Assembly (NCBI GenBank): GCA_964035545.1
Contig: OZ037767.1
Coordinates: 32,318,628 to 32,382,627, forward strand
Source: Bugula neritina
Lineage: Eukaryota > Animalia > Bryozoa
DNA: 64,000 bases
Direction of reading: 5' to 3'
Shown: positions 25,401 to 59,352 of the stretch, one piece after another
How the letters are laid out: each line of letters starts with the position of its first letter
How positions within the stretch are numbered: the stretch's first letter is position 1
The notes under the pieces: generated by a model
What the model was told of the DNA's origin: nothing
Databases searched by the model: none
The model's input: the letters and a program-made list of their open reading frames with translations, nothing else
Translations under genes and position numbers: made by a program

Positions 25401-28400
25401 CTGCCTGTAGGCTAAGCTGCCATGTGAAATATAACGGGATTTGTGAAATAGAATAATAGTGTAAATAACTAACTTGACAAGAAAGAAGATGGCAATGGCT
25501 GGAAGGATAGCGCACAAGCTGACAGTCTCGCATACAATCTCAATGGTGTGTCTCGCCTTCACCCACCCCTAACAATACATACATGTTAATGTGAAGAATA
25601 CATGCTTTGAATAGCATAGCTAATAGATTTGGCTTTCGTTAAGTGACACGCCCACCTGGTGACACACCCACCTGGTGACACATCCACCTGGTGACACACC
25701 CACCTGGTGACACGCCCACCTAGTGACACGCCCACCTGGTGACACATCTACCTGGTGACACGCTCACCTGGTGACACATCCACCTGGTGACACGCTCACC
25801 TGGTGACACATCCACCTGGTGACACGCCCACCTGGTGACACATCCACCTGGTGACACATCCACCTGGTGACACATCTACCTGGTGACACACCCACCTGGT
25901 GACACACCTACCTGGTGACACGCCCACCTGGTGACACATCCACCTGGTGACACGCCCACCTGGTGACACATCCACCTGGTGACACGCTCACCTGGTGACA
26001 CATCCACCTGGTGACACGCCCACCTGGTGACACGCCCACCTGGTGACACGTCCACCTGGTGACACGCCCACCTGGTGACACATCCACCTGGTGACACGCC
26101 CACCTGGTGACACACCCACCTGGTGACAGGACAATAATTCTGGGTCGATGCATCTTTTATAGCTGGACTCATGGAGGTTGGTGGAGAGTGTCTGATTCCA
26201 TACACCATCAGCCAGACATTCTCTTTCCAGAAAGTGCTTATCTGGTGTATGGTACAAGGATATAATACAAGGATATAATACAAGAATATAATACAATAAT
26301 TTAACACAATAATATGATACAATAATATAACACAATAATTTAACACAATAATATAATACAATGATAAAATACAATAATATAATACAATAATATAATACAA
26401 TAATAAAATACAATAATATAATACAATAATATAACACAATAATATGACACAATAATATGATACAATAATATAACACAATAATATAACACAATAATATAAC
26501 ACAATAATATAATACAATAATTTAACACAATAATATGATACAATAGTATAATACAATAATATAATACAATAATATAATACAATAATAAAATACAATAATA
26601 TAATACAATAATAAAATACAATAATATGATACAATAATATAACACAATAATATAATACAATAATATAATACAATAATTTGACACAATAATATAATACAAT
26701 AATATAATACAATAATATAACATAATAATATAATACAATAATATAATATAATACAATAATAAAATACAATAATATAATACAATAATATAATATAATACAA
26801 TAATATAATACAATAATATAACACAATAATATAATACAATAATATAACACAATAATATGATACAATAATATGATACAATAATATAACACAATAATATAAC
26901 ACAATAATATAACACAATAATATAATACAATAATTTAACACAATAATATAATACAATAATAAAATACAATAATATGATACAATAATATGATACAATAATA
27001 TAACACAATAATATAACACAATAATATGATACAATAGTATAATACAATAATATAATACAATAATATAATACAATAATAAAATACAATAATATAATACAAT
27101 AATATAACACAATAATATGATACAATAATATAATACAATAATATGATACAATAATATAATACAATAATATAACACAATAATATAATACAATAATATAACA
27201 CAATAACATAATACTATATTACAATATAATACAATATAATAAAACTCTACCTGCGTCCACACAAGCCATGACACTCTCTACTAGAAACTCTGGGCAGGGG
27301 AGGCGTGGCCTAGTTGCAGGTTGACCTTTGAACCAACATTTAAACATGTCGAAGGTGGCTGGGCAAGCAGCAGTCGAGATGTCAACAGTAGCAGACGACT
27401 CTAAAAGTGAAATTATATCTGAATGATGGAAGTATACATGTCACATTAACTATGGACTATATGACTAGGAGACGCACCTTTACCATATGAAACAGTGCTA
27501 GATTGCTGCCACTGTTCTTCTACCATGCTGTCACAACACTTCTCTGCTTCCAGGCAGCAATCTATCCAATGCTGACACTTCACTTCGCTGCCGATTATTT
27601 TGCACACTTCCTTGCTGTTGTTTAGTGATGGCACAACGCTGAACTGCTTTTTCGTGAGGCTCTCTGCAAACCATAAGTTATGGGTCATATTAGTTGTGGG
27701 CTACATGACTATGTGGCCATATTAGTCATGGGCTACATGGCGATGTGGCCATATCAGTCGTGGGCTACATGGCGTTGTGGCCATATTAGTCGTGGGCTAC
27801 ATGGCGATGTGGCCATATTAGTTGTGGGTTATATGACTATGTGGCCATATTAGTCATGGGCTACATGGCGATGTGGCCATATTAGTTGTGGGTTATATGA
27901 CTATGTGGCCATATTAGTTGTGGGCTACATGTCTATGTGGCCATATCAGTAGTGGGCTATATGACTATGTGGTCACATAGTAGTGGGCTATATGACTATG
28001 TGGCCATATCAGTAGTGGGCTATATGACTATGTGGCCATATCAGTAGTGGGCTATATGACTATGTGGCCATATCAGTAGTGGGCTATATGACTATGTGGT
28101 CACATGGTAGTGGGCTATATGACTATGTGGCCATATCAGTAGTGGGCTATATGACTATGTGGTCACATGGTAGTGGGCTATATGACTATGTGGCCATATC
28201 AGTAGTGGGCTATATGACTATGTGGCCATATCAGTAGTGGGCTATATGACTATGTGGCCATATAGTAGTGGGCTATATCTACTGTCAAGTTGCAGGTTTA
28301 CCAATCCTATAAGTGGAGGAATCACACTCGGCCTGTACAAGCCCAGTTCCACCAGGGGTTCTGAAGATGTAGTTGAAGCAGTTGCAGCAGGACAACAACC

Positions 28401-29058
28401 GGAATGCTGGTGGCTCTAGCTGTATTCCATTTGAGTATCTACAAGTAGGGGTTGTCTGTTCCCCCCAGATGAATGTCATCTGTAATACATTACAATGTTA
28501 TTTCAATATTTTTAAAGGCAAATACTGAAGAGATACCACTGGTGCTTTACGTCACTGTGGTAGTTGGAAGTATGAAACTGACAAAACACTCATTGGCTTC
28601 CTACTAGCTAATACTAAGTTTCAACATATAAAAACATCAAACACATCATCATGAAGATTCTTTACCTAGTCTTCAATCTGACCATAACTTGATAATCATA
28701 ATAATCATAATAATAATAATTATTCCAGACTAATCACTCTCGCCAATAATAACTAATTTCCTTTCTTTTATCCTCTTTTAGTTGCAATTTGAAATTTCTC
28801 TCATGATTTACATAAGAAACTATACTGGCAGCTGAAACCATTATATTTTAATGCAGTTTCTTCCAAGTTGAGTCAGTATTGATTCTTAGTACTTCAAAGA
28901 TTCAAGAACTATAAATCTCTATTAGGATGATACAGACTAAGAAATTAGCGTACAACAGAATAAAATATAAGCTAAGAACTCTAACGGTTCACAATAGTCC
29001 CCCACCAAATTCTTACCGTGACAAAAACAGTGAATGTGAAGATACTTGACGACATCAT
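16466..29058 (-). CDS. Class B (secretin-family) GPCR, calcitonin/CGRP-receptor-like, ~562 aa. Coding exons 29058-29017, 28479-28302, 27663-27484, 27400-27251, 26241-26120, 25568-25474, 22312-22177, 22065-21918, 18976-18910, 18489-18426, 18310-18228, 17034-16893, 16747-16466
   Basis: All 12 introns are GT-AG with matching phases (1689 nt total). Signal peptide MMSSSIFTFTVFVTMTFIWG. Hormone-binding domain CPATFDMFKCW...CP...RECLADGVW...C. TM2 RIKIHINLF, TM4 GWGFP, ECL2 CW, TM6 KAMAILVPPFG, TM7 HLQGFLVAVVLCYSNAEI. Confidence 0.92.
19093..21082. repeat. 2-kb 10/12-bp minisatellite in a GPCR intron
   Basis: (ATCAGTGTRTAT)n with 10-bp variants. Confidence 0.95.
25643..26128 (-). repeat. 16-bp minisatellite spanning a GPCR splice donor
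   Basis: Minus strand (TGTCACCAG/GTGGRYG)n, ~30 copies; the first copy is the real exon-intron junction at 26120/26119. Confidence 0.93.
26258..27240. repeat. 15-bp AT-rich minisatellite filling a GPCR intron
   Basis: (ACAATAATATAATAC)-like units; source of the YYCIIL ORFs. Confidence 0.92.
27680..28277. repeat. 32-bp minisatellite filling a GPCR intron
   Basis: (GTGGGCTATATGACTATGTGGCCATATCAGTA)n. Confidence 0.92.
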
Positions 29059-29750
29059 GGAGGGCAGTCTAAATTGGCCAATCACAGCAGAGTTCTCCAG
29101 ACAATTGAAAGCCAACCACCAAGGAGTTGAGAGCAAGCCGCCAATCACATTAGAGATGAGAAGTGATGAACCAATCACATTAGAGATGAGATCCTCCTGT
29201 TAGAATACATGAGGCAATACATAAGGAGTTGTGTACCCCAACGAGCTATAGAGTTAACTCATGCTGGGTACATAAGGATTGTATACAGCAGACAGAGAAA
29301 TGAATATATTGAGATGGATTTCTATATATAAATAATGTAATGGGTTGCTTACCGTGTATCAGAAATATTTACTTTCTTAAATAGCAATATACTAGAGAGT
29401 GAGTTTTCCTAATGGCACGAGGAGCGGATAAAGAAAAGTATATAGAGGGGTTCTAAATAGAGCACTGTAGAAAGAAGGTTATTTGACAAGAGATGAAGGT
29501 AATAAATGAGCGTTTATATAAAGGAAGATGAGATATACTACACAAGCGTTGACATGTTCCATAGAGAAAGAGAGAGTAGGGTTAGAAAAAGTTTCCATGA
29601 GGGTTTGTTGAAGAAATTTATGTACACCACTAGACTAAAATAAATAGCTTATATACCAGGAGGTTTGTGCAGGGGGTTATGTTAACATAATATTAGTAAA
29701 TAAACATTTCCATCAGTTTATATATAATGTATATCTTTAAATGGCCAAAT

Positions 29751-29896
<146 letters not shown>

Positions 29897-31070
29897 TAGG
29901 GGTGGTGTTATAATAAAAATATATCTAACAATACCACCTTCCAGCAATATTTAACTGCATGCTTGTAATAACTCCCAAAGTGTACCTGCACAGTAGTGTA
30001 CCTACACAGTAGTGTACCTACACAGTAGTGTACCTACACAGTAGTGTACCTGCACAGTAGTGTACCTACACAGTAGTGTACCTACACAGTAGTGTACCTA
30101 CACAGTAGTGTACCTAGACAGTAGTGTACCTACACAGTGCCACAGTTAAGATGAGCATGTACATGGCGTGATATAACAAGTTTAAAGACATGAGATGAAA
30201 AGTGAATGTTGATAAACTAAGAGATTAAATTTCCTAACACAGCCCTCACTCAATATAAACATTGTGCACAGATCTCACCTTGTTTCACCTTGTTTCACCT
30301 TGTTTCAGCACACCCCAGCTTGTCACCAAACAGGTGTAAAATAGAATGTATAATTTGAACTGATGCCAAGTTGGCAGCAAATTCAACAATTGCTACACTT
30401 TCTGGTGACTTTCAAAAGAATTCAATAAATTTGAACTTTGCTACGGAATTGAAAAAATGGGAGAGATATAGGATTACAAGTAATCATTGCACAATATTGA
30501 GGTAATGAAAATTCACTCCACTCTTTCTATTCTACACTAAATGCTCACAATATTTCACTGTAGAATATTGTTTAGCATTCACTGGCTACTCAGAGCTCTC
30601 CCCATGGGGATTCAAAAGAGCAGTTTATCACAGTGGTCTATTGTACACCATCCAGTATATATACAAGTATATATACAAGTACACAAGTATATATACAAGT
30701 ACACAAGTATATATACAAGTACACAAGTATATATACAAGTACACAAGTTATACACAAGTTATACACAAGTTATATACAAGTATATATACAAGTTTATACA
30801 AGGATACATTTTATTAGGTAAACTTGTTAACAATAATTATTATAATAGGAAAAATAGAGGATAGATATGGCAATGTAATGTATATTACCACAATTATTAT
30901 CTGTAATAACAAAATTAAATAAATAATAATATAATATATTAACATAATCATTATATATAATAATACAAAGAAAAGTTACAATAATATAATATAATGATAA
31001 TACAAATAATATAATATAATAATACAAATAATGTAATATAATAACATAATAAAACAAAATGTGATAACAT

Positions 31071-32137
31071 TGTGAGACACCTACTGTAAGAGATACCTAC
31101 TGTAAGAGATACCTACTGTAAGAGATACCTACTGTAAGAGATACCTACTGTAAGAGATACCTACTGTAAGAGCTACCTACTGTGAGAGATACCTACTGTA
31201 AGAGATACCTACTGTAAGAGATACCTACTGTGAGAGATACCTACTGTAAGAGATACCTACTGTAAGAGACACCTACTGTAAGAGACACCTACTGTAAGAG
31301 ATACCTACTGTAAGAGATACCTACTGTAAGAGATACCTACTGTAAGAGATACCTACTGTAAGAGATACCTACTGTAAGAGATACCTACTGTAAGAGATAC
31401 CTACTGTAAGAGATACCTACTGTAAGAGATACCTACTGTGAGAGATACCTACTGTGAGAGATACCTACTGTAAGAGATACCTACTGTAAGAGATACTTAC
31501 TGTAAGAGACACCTACTGTAAGAGACACCTACTGTAAGAGCTACCTACTGTAAGAGCTACCTACTGTAAGAGATACCTACTGTAAGAGACACCTACTGTA
31601 AGAGATACCTACTGTGAGAGATACCTACTGTAAGAGATACCTACTGTAAGAGCTACCTACTGTAAGAGATACCTACTGTAAGAGATACCTACTGTAAGAG
31701 ACACCTACTGTAAGAGATACCTACTGTAAGAGATACCTACTGTAAGAGATACCTACTGTGAGAGATACCTACTGTGAGAGATACCTACTGTAAGAGATAC
31801 CTACTGTAAGAGATACTTACTGTAAGAGACACCTACTGTAAGAGATACCTACTGTAAGAGCTACCTACTGTAAGAGCTACCTACTGTAAGAGATACCTAC
31901 TGTAAGAGACACCTACTGTAAGAGATACCTACTGTGAGAGATACCTACTGTGAGAGATACCTACTGTAAGAGATACCTACTGTAAGAGATACCTACTGTG
32001 AGAGATACCTACTGTAAGAGATACCTACTGTAAGAGATACCTACTGTAAGAGATACCTACTGTAAGAGATACCTACTGTAAGAGATACCTACTGTAAGAG
32101 CTACCTACTGTAAGAGATACCTACTGTAAGAGCTACC
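31071..32137. repeat. 16-bp minisatellite
   Basis: (CTACTGTAAGAGATAC)n, ~66 copies. Confidence 0.95.
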
Positions 32138-34503
32138 CAGTGTGTACAAGTGATGACGCTATAGAACCAACGATGAGGCTAATGAACAACAAGTACAGCT
32201 TTCATACGTTTATACAGCTACTTTGCAGTGAAGCATTGAAAAGCTACAACATAATACAACTGTTGGATAGGGGGATATGCTCAATACCCAACCTGAAGTG
32301 ATGAGGCAAAACTTAGCACCCAGACTAAACACACATCTAGCAATGTATTGGTGTAAATTTCCTATGAGAGAAAAAAGAGAAAACTGATATCTCATCACTT
32401 GAATTTGTGAGTTGAATTGTGCAATAACAAACAGGAATAGTTGCTGCTGCATAGAACACTATTTCTAAAGGAGTAACTCAATGAAATCACAAGAATAACA
32501 AAATGCCATTTCAATCAATACAACTGGCAGAGTGGAGTTTTATAAACCACTTGAAAATAAAGACTCTTACTTTGTCTAAATACCTGCAAATAGTGTGCAG
32601 CTGAAAAGACTTGCCTATGAGTAAAAGGGTTGACGTATGTTTATTGATGAATATATTGCCTACAGCTAAACTATGACCAAGTAATACGTTACAGTATATT
32701 ATAGTAATACGTTACAGTATATTATAGTAATACGTTACAGTATATTATAGTAATACGTTACAGTATATTATAGTAATACGTTACAGTATATTATAGTAAT
32801 ACATTACAGTATATTATAGTAATACGTTACAGTATATTATAGTAATACGTTACAGTATATTATAGTAATACGTTACAGTATATTATAGTAATACGTTACA
32901 GTATATTATAGTAATACATTACAGTATATTATAGTAATACGTTACAGTATATTATAGTAATACGTTACAGTATATTATAGTAATACATTACAGTATATTA
33001 TAGTAATACATTACAGTATATTAGAGTAATACATTACAGTATATTATAGTAATATGTTACAGTATATTATAGCTATACGATACAGTATATTATAGCTATA
33101 CATGATTACAATATTAAGTATATATAAATAGTAAGGAAGTTACTAACCAGGACAGGGGTTAAGTTGAGATGATGGTTTGGTCATACTCCCTCCTATGAAG
33201 TCAACACTACTACATGCTCAACTCAAATGTCAACTCTAGTATTTCCCTCCATTACATATTCCATTTTTGTTATACAAAGAGAAAGGGTGGCCCTTTGCAC
33301 TACCTTACTACCTTGAGACCAGCAATAAAACTCAAGCTATTTTGTGAGCAAATCTGATTATGTCAATATATGATAAAATGTTATTTCATTGTTGGGTTTG
33401 GGTGGAAGTTCAGAAGCATATTGGCTAGGGAGATAATATTCCAATTAACTAAATTCAACACATGTGAATACAGTACAACATGTGAATACAGTACAACATG
33501 TGGTTGACTAAGTTCATGGTAAAAGGAAAGGGAGGACAACTCAACAAAGAGAAACTGAAAACAAACCAACGCATAATAATTACCTCCAATGCATGAAGGG
33601 TCTTGTTTCATGTTGGAGGATCGTGTTGCAGATCTCACTTTATCCTTGCAATATGAAGCAAACTGCAGTAAAGGAGGAAACATTAAACTAATAATGACAC
33701 AGAGTAACAGTTGAAAAAACTACTATTTTAAAAATTGCTAATAACAAGCACAAAGTGTCTTGCTAAAAAGAGTTCTGTAAAATAGTTTAGATTTAATCTG
33801 CTCTCAAAATAAATTCTGGTTTTTTGAAGAAGCAGTGAAGTTCTACTACCAGGCGGTAGGCGGAGTGATTTATTTAACTAATGGAAATAAGCCAATAGAT
33901 TTTACACAGGGAAAAAAAACAAAATATTTACAGAAAACGCGTTACCTTGTGTTGAAATAACATTGAAGAATATTAGCTTTTACTGATAGTTTTTATACAC
34001 ACATACTAGAAAAATTATGACGTTTTTTTACAAGATTAACTTATACAATATAATTTTTAGATAAAATATGTTTAGTGTTGTTAGCATTTTACTTGAATCA
34101 TTTCATTGATAGTGTTAAACTTTATTAAGGAGTTGTATTCTCTTTACGTAAACAAATATTGAAAAGTGGTGATGAGGTTGCGCGGTAAAATGTTCATGTG
34201 TTTGAAACAAATTTACTGCATTTTCTTATCTAATCGTTAGTTAACATATCCCTACTAGTTTCAAATAAAAGTTAAAAACAATATGTAAATAAAACATTCT
34301 TATTCGCAAAAACTATTCAAACTGAAGTTGGAAACCTCATCCTATTGAGTGCGTACTCTCGCGGAATAATACAATGGCGTAAATGTCGAAGTGATCGCTC
34401 AAAAATGATACAAGGTGTAAAATTTTGGCAATTCTATCATGAAAGAATAACCCAGTGTCGTTTATTTTGTATTAAGTAGATGCAAAAAGCTTTATTGTAC
34501 GCT

Positions 34504-56512
<22,009 letters not shown>

Positions 56513-56574
56513 ATTCACTTTTACTGAACATCAGACGTTGGCTTAGATGTTCTGTTTTTAGTTGCATGTCAGTG

Positions 56575-57035
56575 ATTTGTTACCAAGAGTACTCACTCAC
56601 AGTTAATATGACTTGTTACCAAGAGTGAGTACTAACTCACAGTTAATATGACTTGTTACCAAGAGTACTAACTCACAGTTAATATGACTTGTTACCAAGA
56701 GTACTAACTCATAGTTAATATGACTTGTTACCAAGAGTGAGTACTAACTCATAGTTAATATGACTTGTTACCAAGAGTGAGTACTCACTCATAGTTAATA
56801 TGACTTGTTACCAAGAGTACTAGCTCATAGTTAATATGACTTGTTACCAAGAGTGAGTACTAGCTCATAGTTAATATGACTTGTTACCAAGAGTGAGTAC
56901 TAGCTCATAGTTAATATGACTTGTTACCAAGAGTGAGTACTAGCTCATAGTTAATATGACTTGTTACCAAGAGTACTAGCTCATAGTTAACATGACTTGT
57001 TACCAAGAGTACTAGCTCATAGTTAATATGACTTG
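56575..57035. repeat. 33/37-bp minisatellite just downstream of the BRWD stop
   Basis: (GACTTGTTACCAAGAGT[GAGT]ACTAGCTCATAGTTAATAT)-like units. Confidence 0.9.
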
Positions 57036-57885
57036 GCAATTCTTCGCTTGATACAAGACCAATATTGTAAATGTACCAACTCAAATTTTAACTGTTAACA
57101 CTATTTAATCTTTTGTTCATAATTGCTGTTGCAGCTTTTTTTTAATATCATTTCTTATTATTATGGATGTTTGTTACAATGCTTCTAATGAGTTGTTTCT
57201 CTCAACAATGAATATCTGGTTGATGCTGCTAGCCCATTTCATTAGAAAGCTTCTACTCTACTGACCCTAACATAAGCATAAGGGCTGATTCAAGGTGAAG
57301 GTCATACTGCATAATCTTTTTAGAGTAAGTCGAATATTCAGTCAACTGTTGGACTACTACAGTAAAGGTTAGTAACTGGAAGATGTATTTATTTGCATAA
57401 GCACTTCAGCAAAGATATCTTGCATAAATTTGATAAGAGAGGATGTAATTACATGATGGGTCTTGAAGTCAATGCGCTTATTAAACAAGTTGGTTATGAA
57501 GTAGAGCCATGCAATTCACTACAATTATTTTATTGGAATTTTTATTGGTTTTCATATTTTTAAGCTAAACAGAAAAATTAGGAAAAAAATCGAAAATAAA
57601 TAAAGATTTATTTGAGCGAAAAATGGCAAGCAAAAATTAAGTAACAAAAACTGGAAATTGCCTATAATTGAGAGATCTTTATGCTAGTAACTTAAGCACA
57701 TCAATTATAAATAACAAACAAAAAACAGTAACATTGTTCATTTACTGCATTCATTAAAGACATGCATAGTTGGTTTAAAAGCTAAGAATTGAAATAAAAT
57801 AAAGATAACTTGAAAGTTGAAGTTAAATAGATTGTCTATATTGCATACTAGAAAGCTGCACGTTTGGTCAATAAGAAATAGAACT

Positions 57886-59352
57886 TTAGCCAATAGCGTT
57901 TAGACCTTCAAATATGAGCGTATCCTTGAAGGGTACAAGTTTACCTTTAGCTGCTTCTTTGGCTATATCTCTCATGTGTTTCAAAGTTAATATGTTGGCA
58001 TACAGAAAAGAGAAATGCTTATATTGAACATGGCGGTACTTATTGACTATTTCCTGGACTTTGTGACGAAGAGAACGGAGACGGTGCCGAGGTAGTCTGG
58101 GGTAGAGATGATGGATGACTTGATACTGGAGGCCACCGTGGAACCAGTCCATATACCTCGAGCAGTCCACGTCTAAAGTAGTCCGCAGTTGATACTCAAA
58201 ATAACTTTCACCATCTTTCTGATACTGCACTTCGTCAAACGTCTCCATAATGAAATGACTAAGACAGATTTGAACATGGATGATGCCGACAGTGGCATTG
58301 GCTATATACCAGAAGATCAGTCTGCTGGACCATGTGGGACACAAGTATACGAGATAACCCCACCATGAGTAAAACACAAGTAGGTTAGACAACTCCAACA
58401 CTTTCAACACTCCCTTGCACTTAGCATGAGTTAGAGCGAATATAAGGGACTGGGCGTGCAGATTGACTCTAGCTATGGTCATTATAGGGAAATACAACAC
58501 ATGCTGATAGCAAACAAGAAATCTAGAGATTTGATTAAACGGCATGAAGGCATCCCAATAGCTGGAAAATATCCCCGCACCTTTGCCGGTAACATATTTA
58601 AACATTTTGTTGGAAATAGCAAACACTGGTAGGTGCTGTATATCCGGGTCATGTGACACAACGTTGGTGGTGACGTGATGCGTCTCGTGGGAGTGTTTCC
58701 ACCACGAAATTGATAAACCAGTGAAGGCGTTTCCGACGAGATTACCAAACAGGCGGTGCTTCCAGGAGCCTTTGCTAAACACACTGCTGTGTCCGATGTC
58801 GTGGCCAATGAAATTTGACTGCTGCCAAAATAGTCCAATGAGAAATGAACTGAGGTAGAGAGTATACTTTGGTGGTTTGCCCTCATCAACTGAGAGGCTG
58901 TCGAAGAACAGATACAGGGCAGCTGAGAACATGAGCAGAGCATATAAAGTCTTCTTAATGAAATACATGGTGTCTGGAATGTACCAACCATTTTCCTCTA
59001 GCCATTGCCCCAGTTGGCGGAACTCTTTGGTGATAGCAGCACTGGAGTCACTGCTACTACTACAGCCTTCAAGATCTCCAATGTACCAGCTCTCAATCTT
59101 CTTGCGCCACACTTCCGGTTTGTGGAACTGATTAATTAAATCCGTGGCGTCTCTGCCACCCACATTGGTTATTGCAGCCTCCCCTCCTGGGTGGTACTTT
59201 ACCCAGCGAGTAACATCATACACACCGTTATTCACTGCAATCCAGATGGAAGGAAGGGAAGAATGCTGCTTCAGTTCATCTCGAGTTATTAGCCGACGTC
59301 CAGGTGACCTGTGACCTCCATTTTCATCAGCACTTTGCACCATCTTCTCCAT
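57886..59352 (-). CDS. Cytochrome b5-fusion front-end-type desaturase, sphingolipid delta-8 desaturase-like, 488 aa, intronless CDS
   Basis: Single ORF from MEKMVQS (ATG 59352). Haem motif HPGG; His boxes HDIGH, HETHH, QVIHH; HDPDIQHLP and WFHGGLQYQ segments. The ORF-track extension to 59604 starts at a non-ATG codon in low-complexity sequence. Confidence 0.92.
   Translation of the reverse strand: MEKMVQSADENGGHRSPGRRLITRDELKQHSSLPSIWIAVNNGVYDVTRWVKYHPGGEAAITNVGGRDATDLINQFHKPEVWRKKIESWYIGDLEGCSSSSDSSAAITKEFRQLGQWLEENGWYIPDTMYFIKKTLYALLMFSAALYLFFDSLSVDEGKPPKYTLYLSSFLIGLFWQQSNFIGHDIGHSSVFSKGSWKHRLFGNLVGNAFTGLSISWWKHSHETHHVTTNVVSHDPDIQHLPVFAISNKMFKYVTGKGAGIFSSYWDAFMPFNQISRFLVCYQHVLYFPIMTIARVNLHAQSLIFALTHAKCKGVLKVLELSNLLVFYSWWGYLVYLCPTWSSRLIFWYIANATVGIIHVQICLSHFIMETFDEVQYQKDGESYFEYQLRTTLDVDCSRYMDWFHGGLQYQVIHHLYPRLPRHRLRSLRHKVQEIVNKYRHVQYKHFSFLYANILTLKHMRDIAKEAAKGKLVPFKDTLIFEGLNAIG

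Noticed and set aside
25876-27274. Tyr/Cys/Ile-rich minus-strand ORFs
   Set aside because: Repeat translations; the real coding part is exon 26241-26120 (plus the end of exon 27400-27251).
32136-32195. Signal-peptide-like stretch KLYLLFISLIVGSIASSLVHT on the minus strand as the GPCR first exon
   Set aside because: No in-frame ATG and wrong intron phase; exon 29058-29017 fits in phase and completes a signal peptide.
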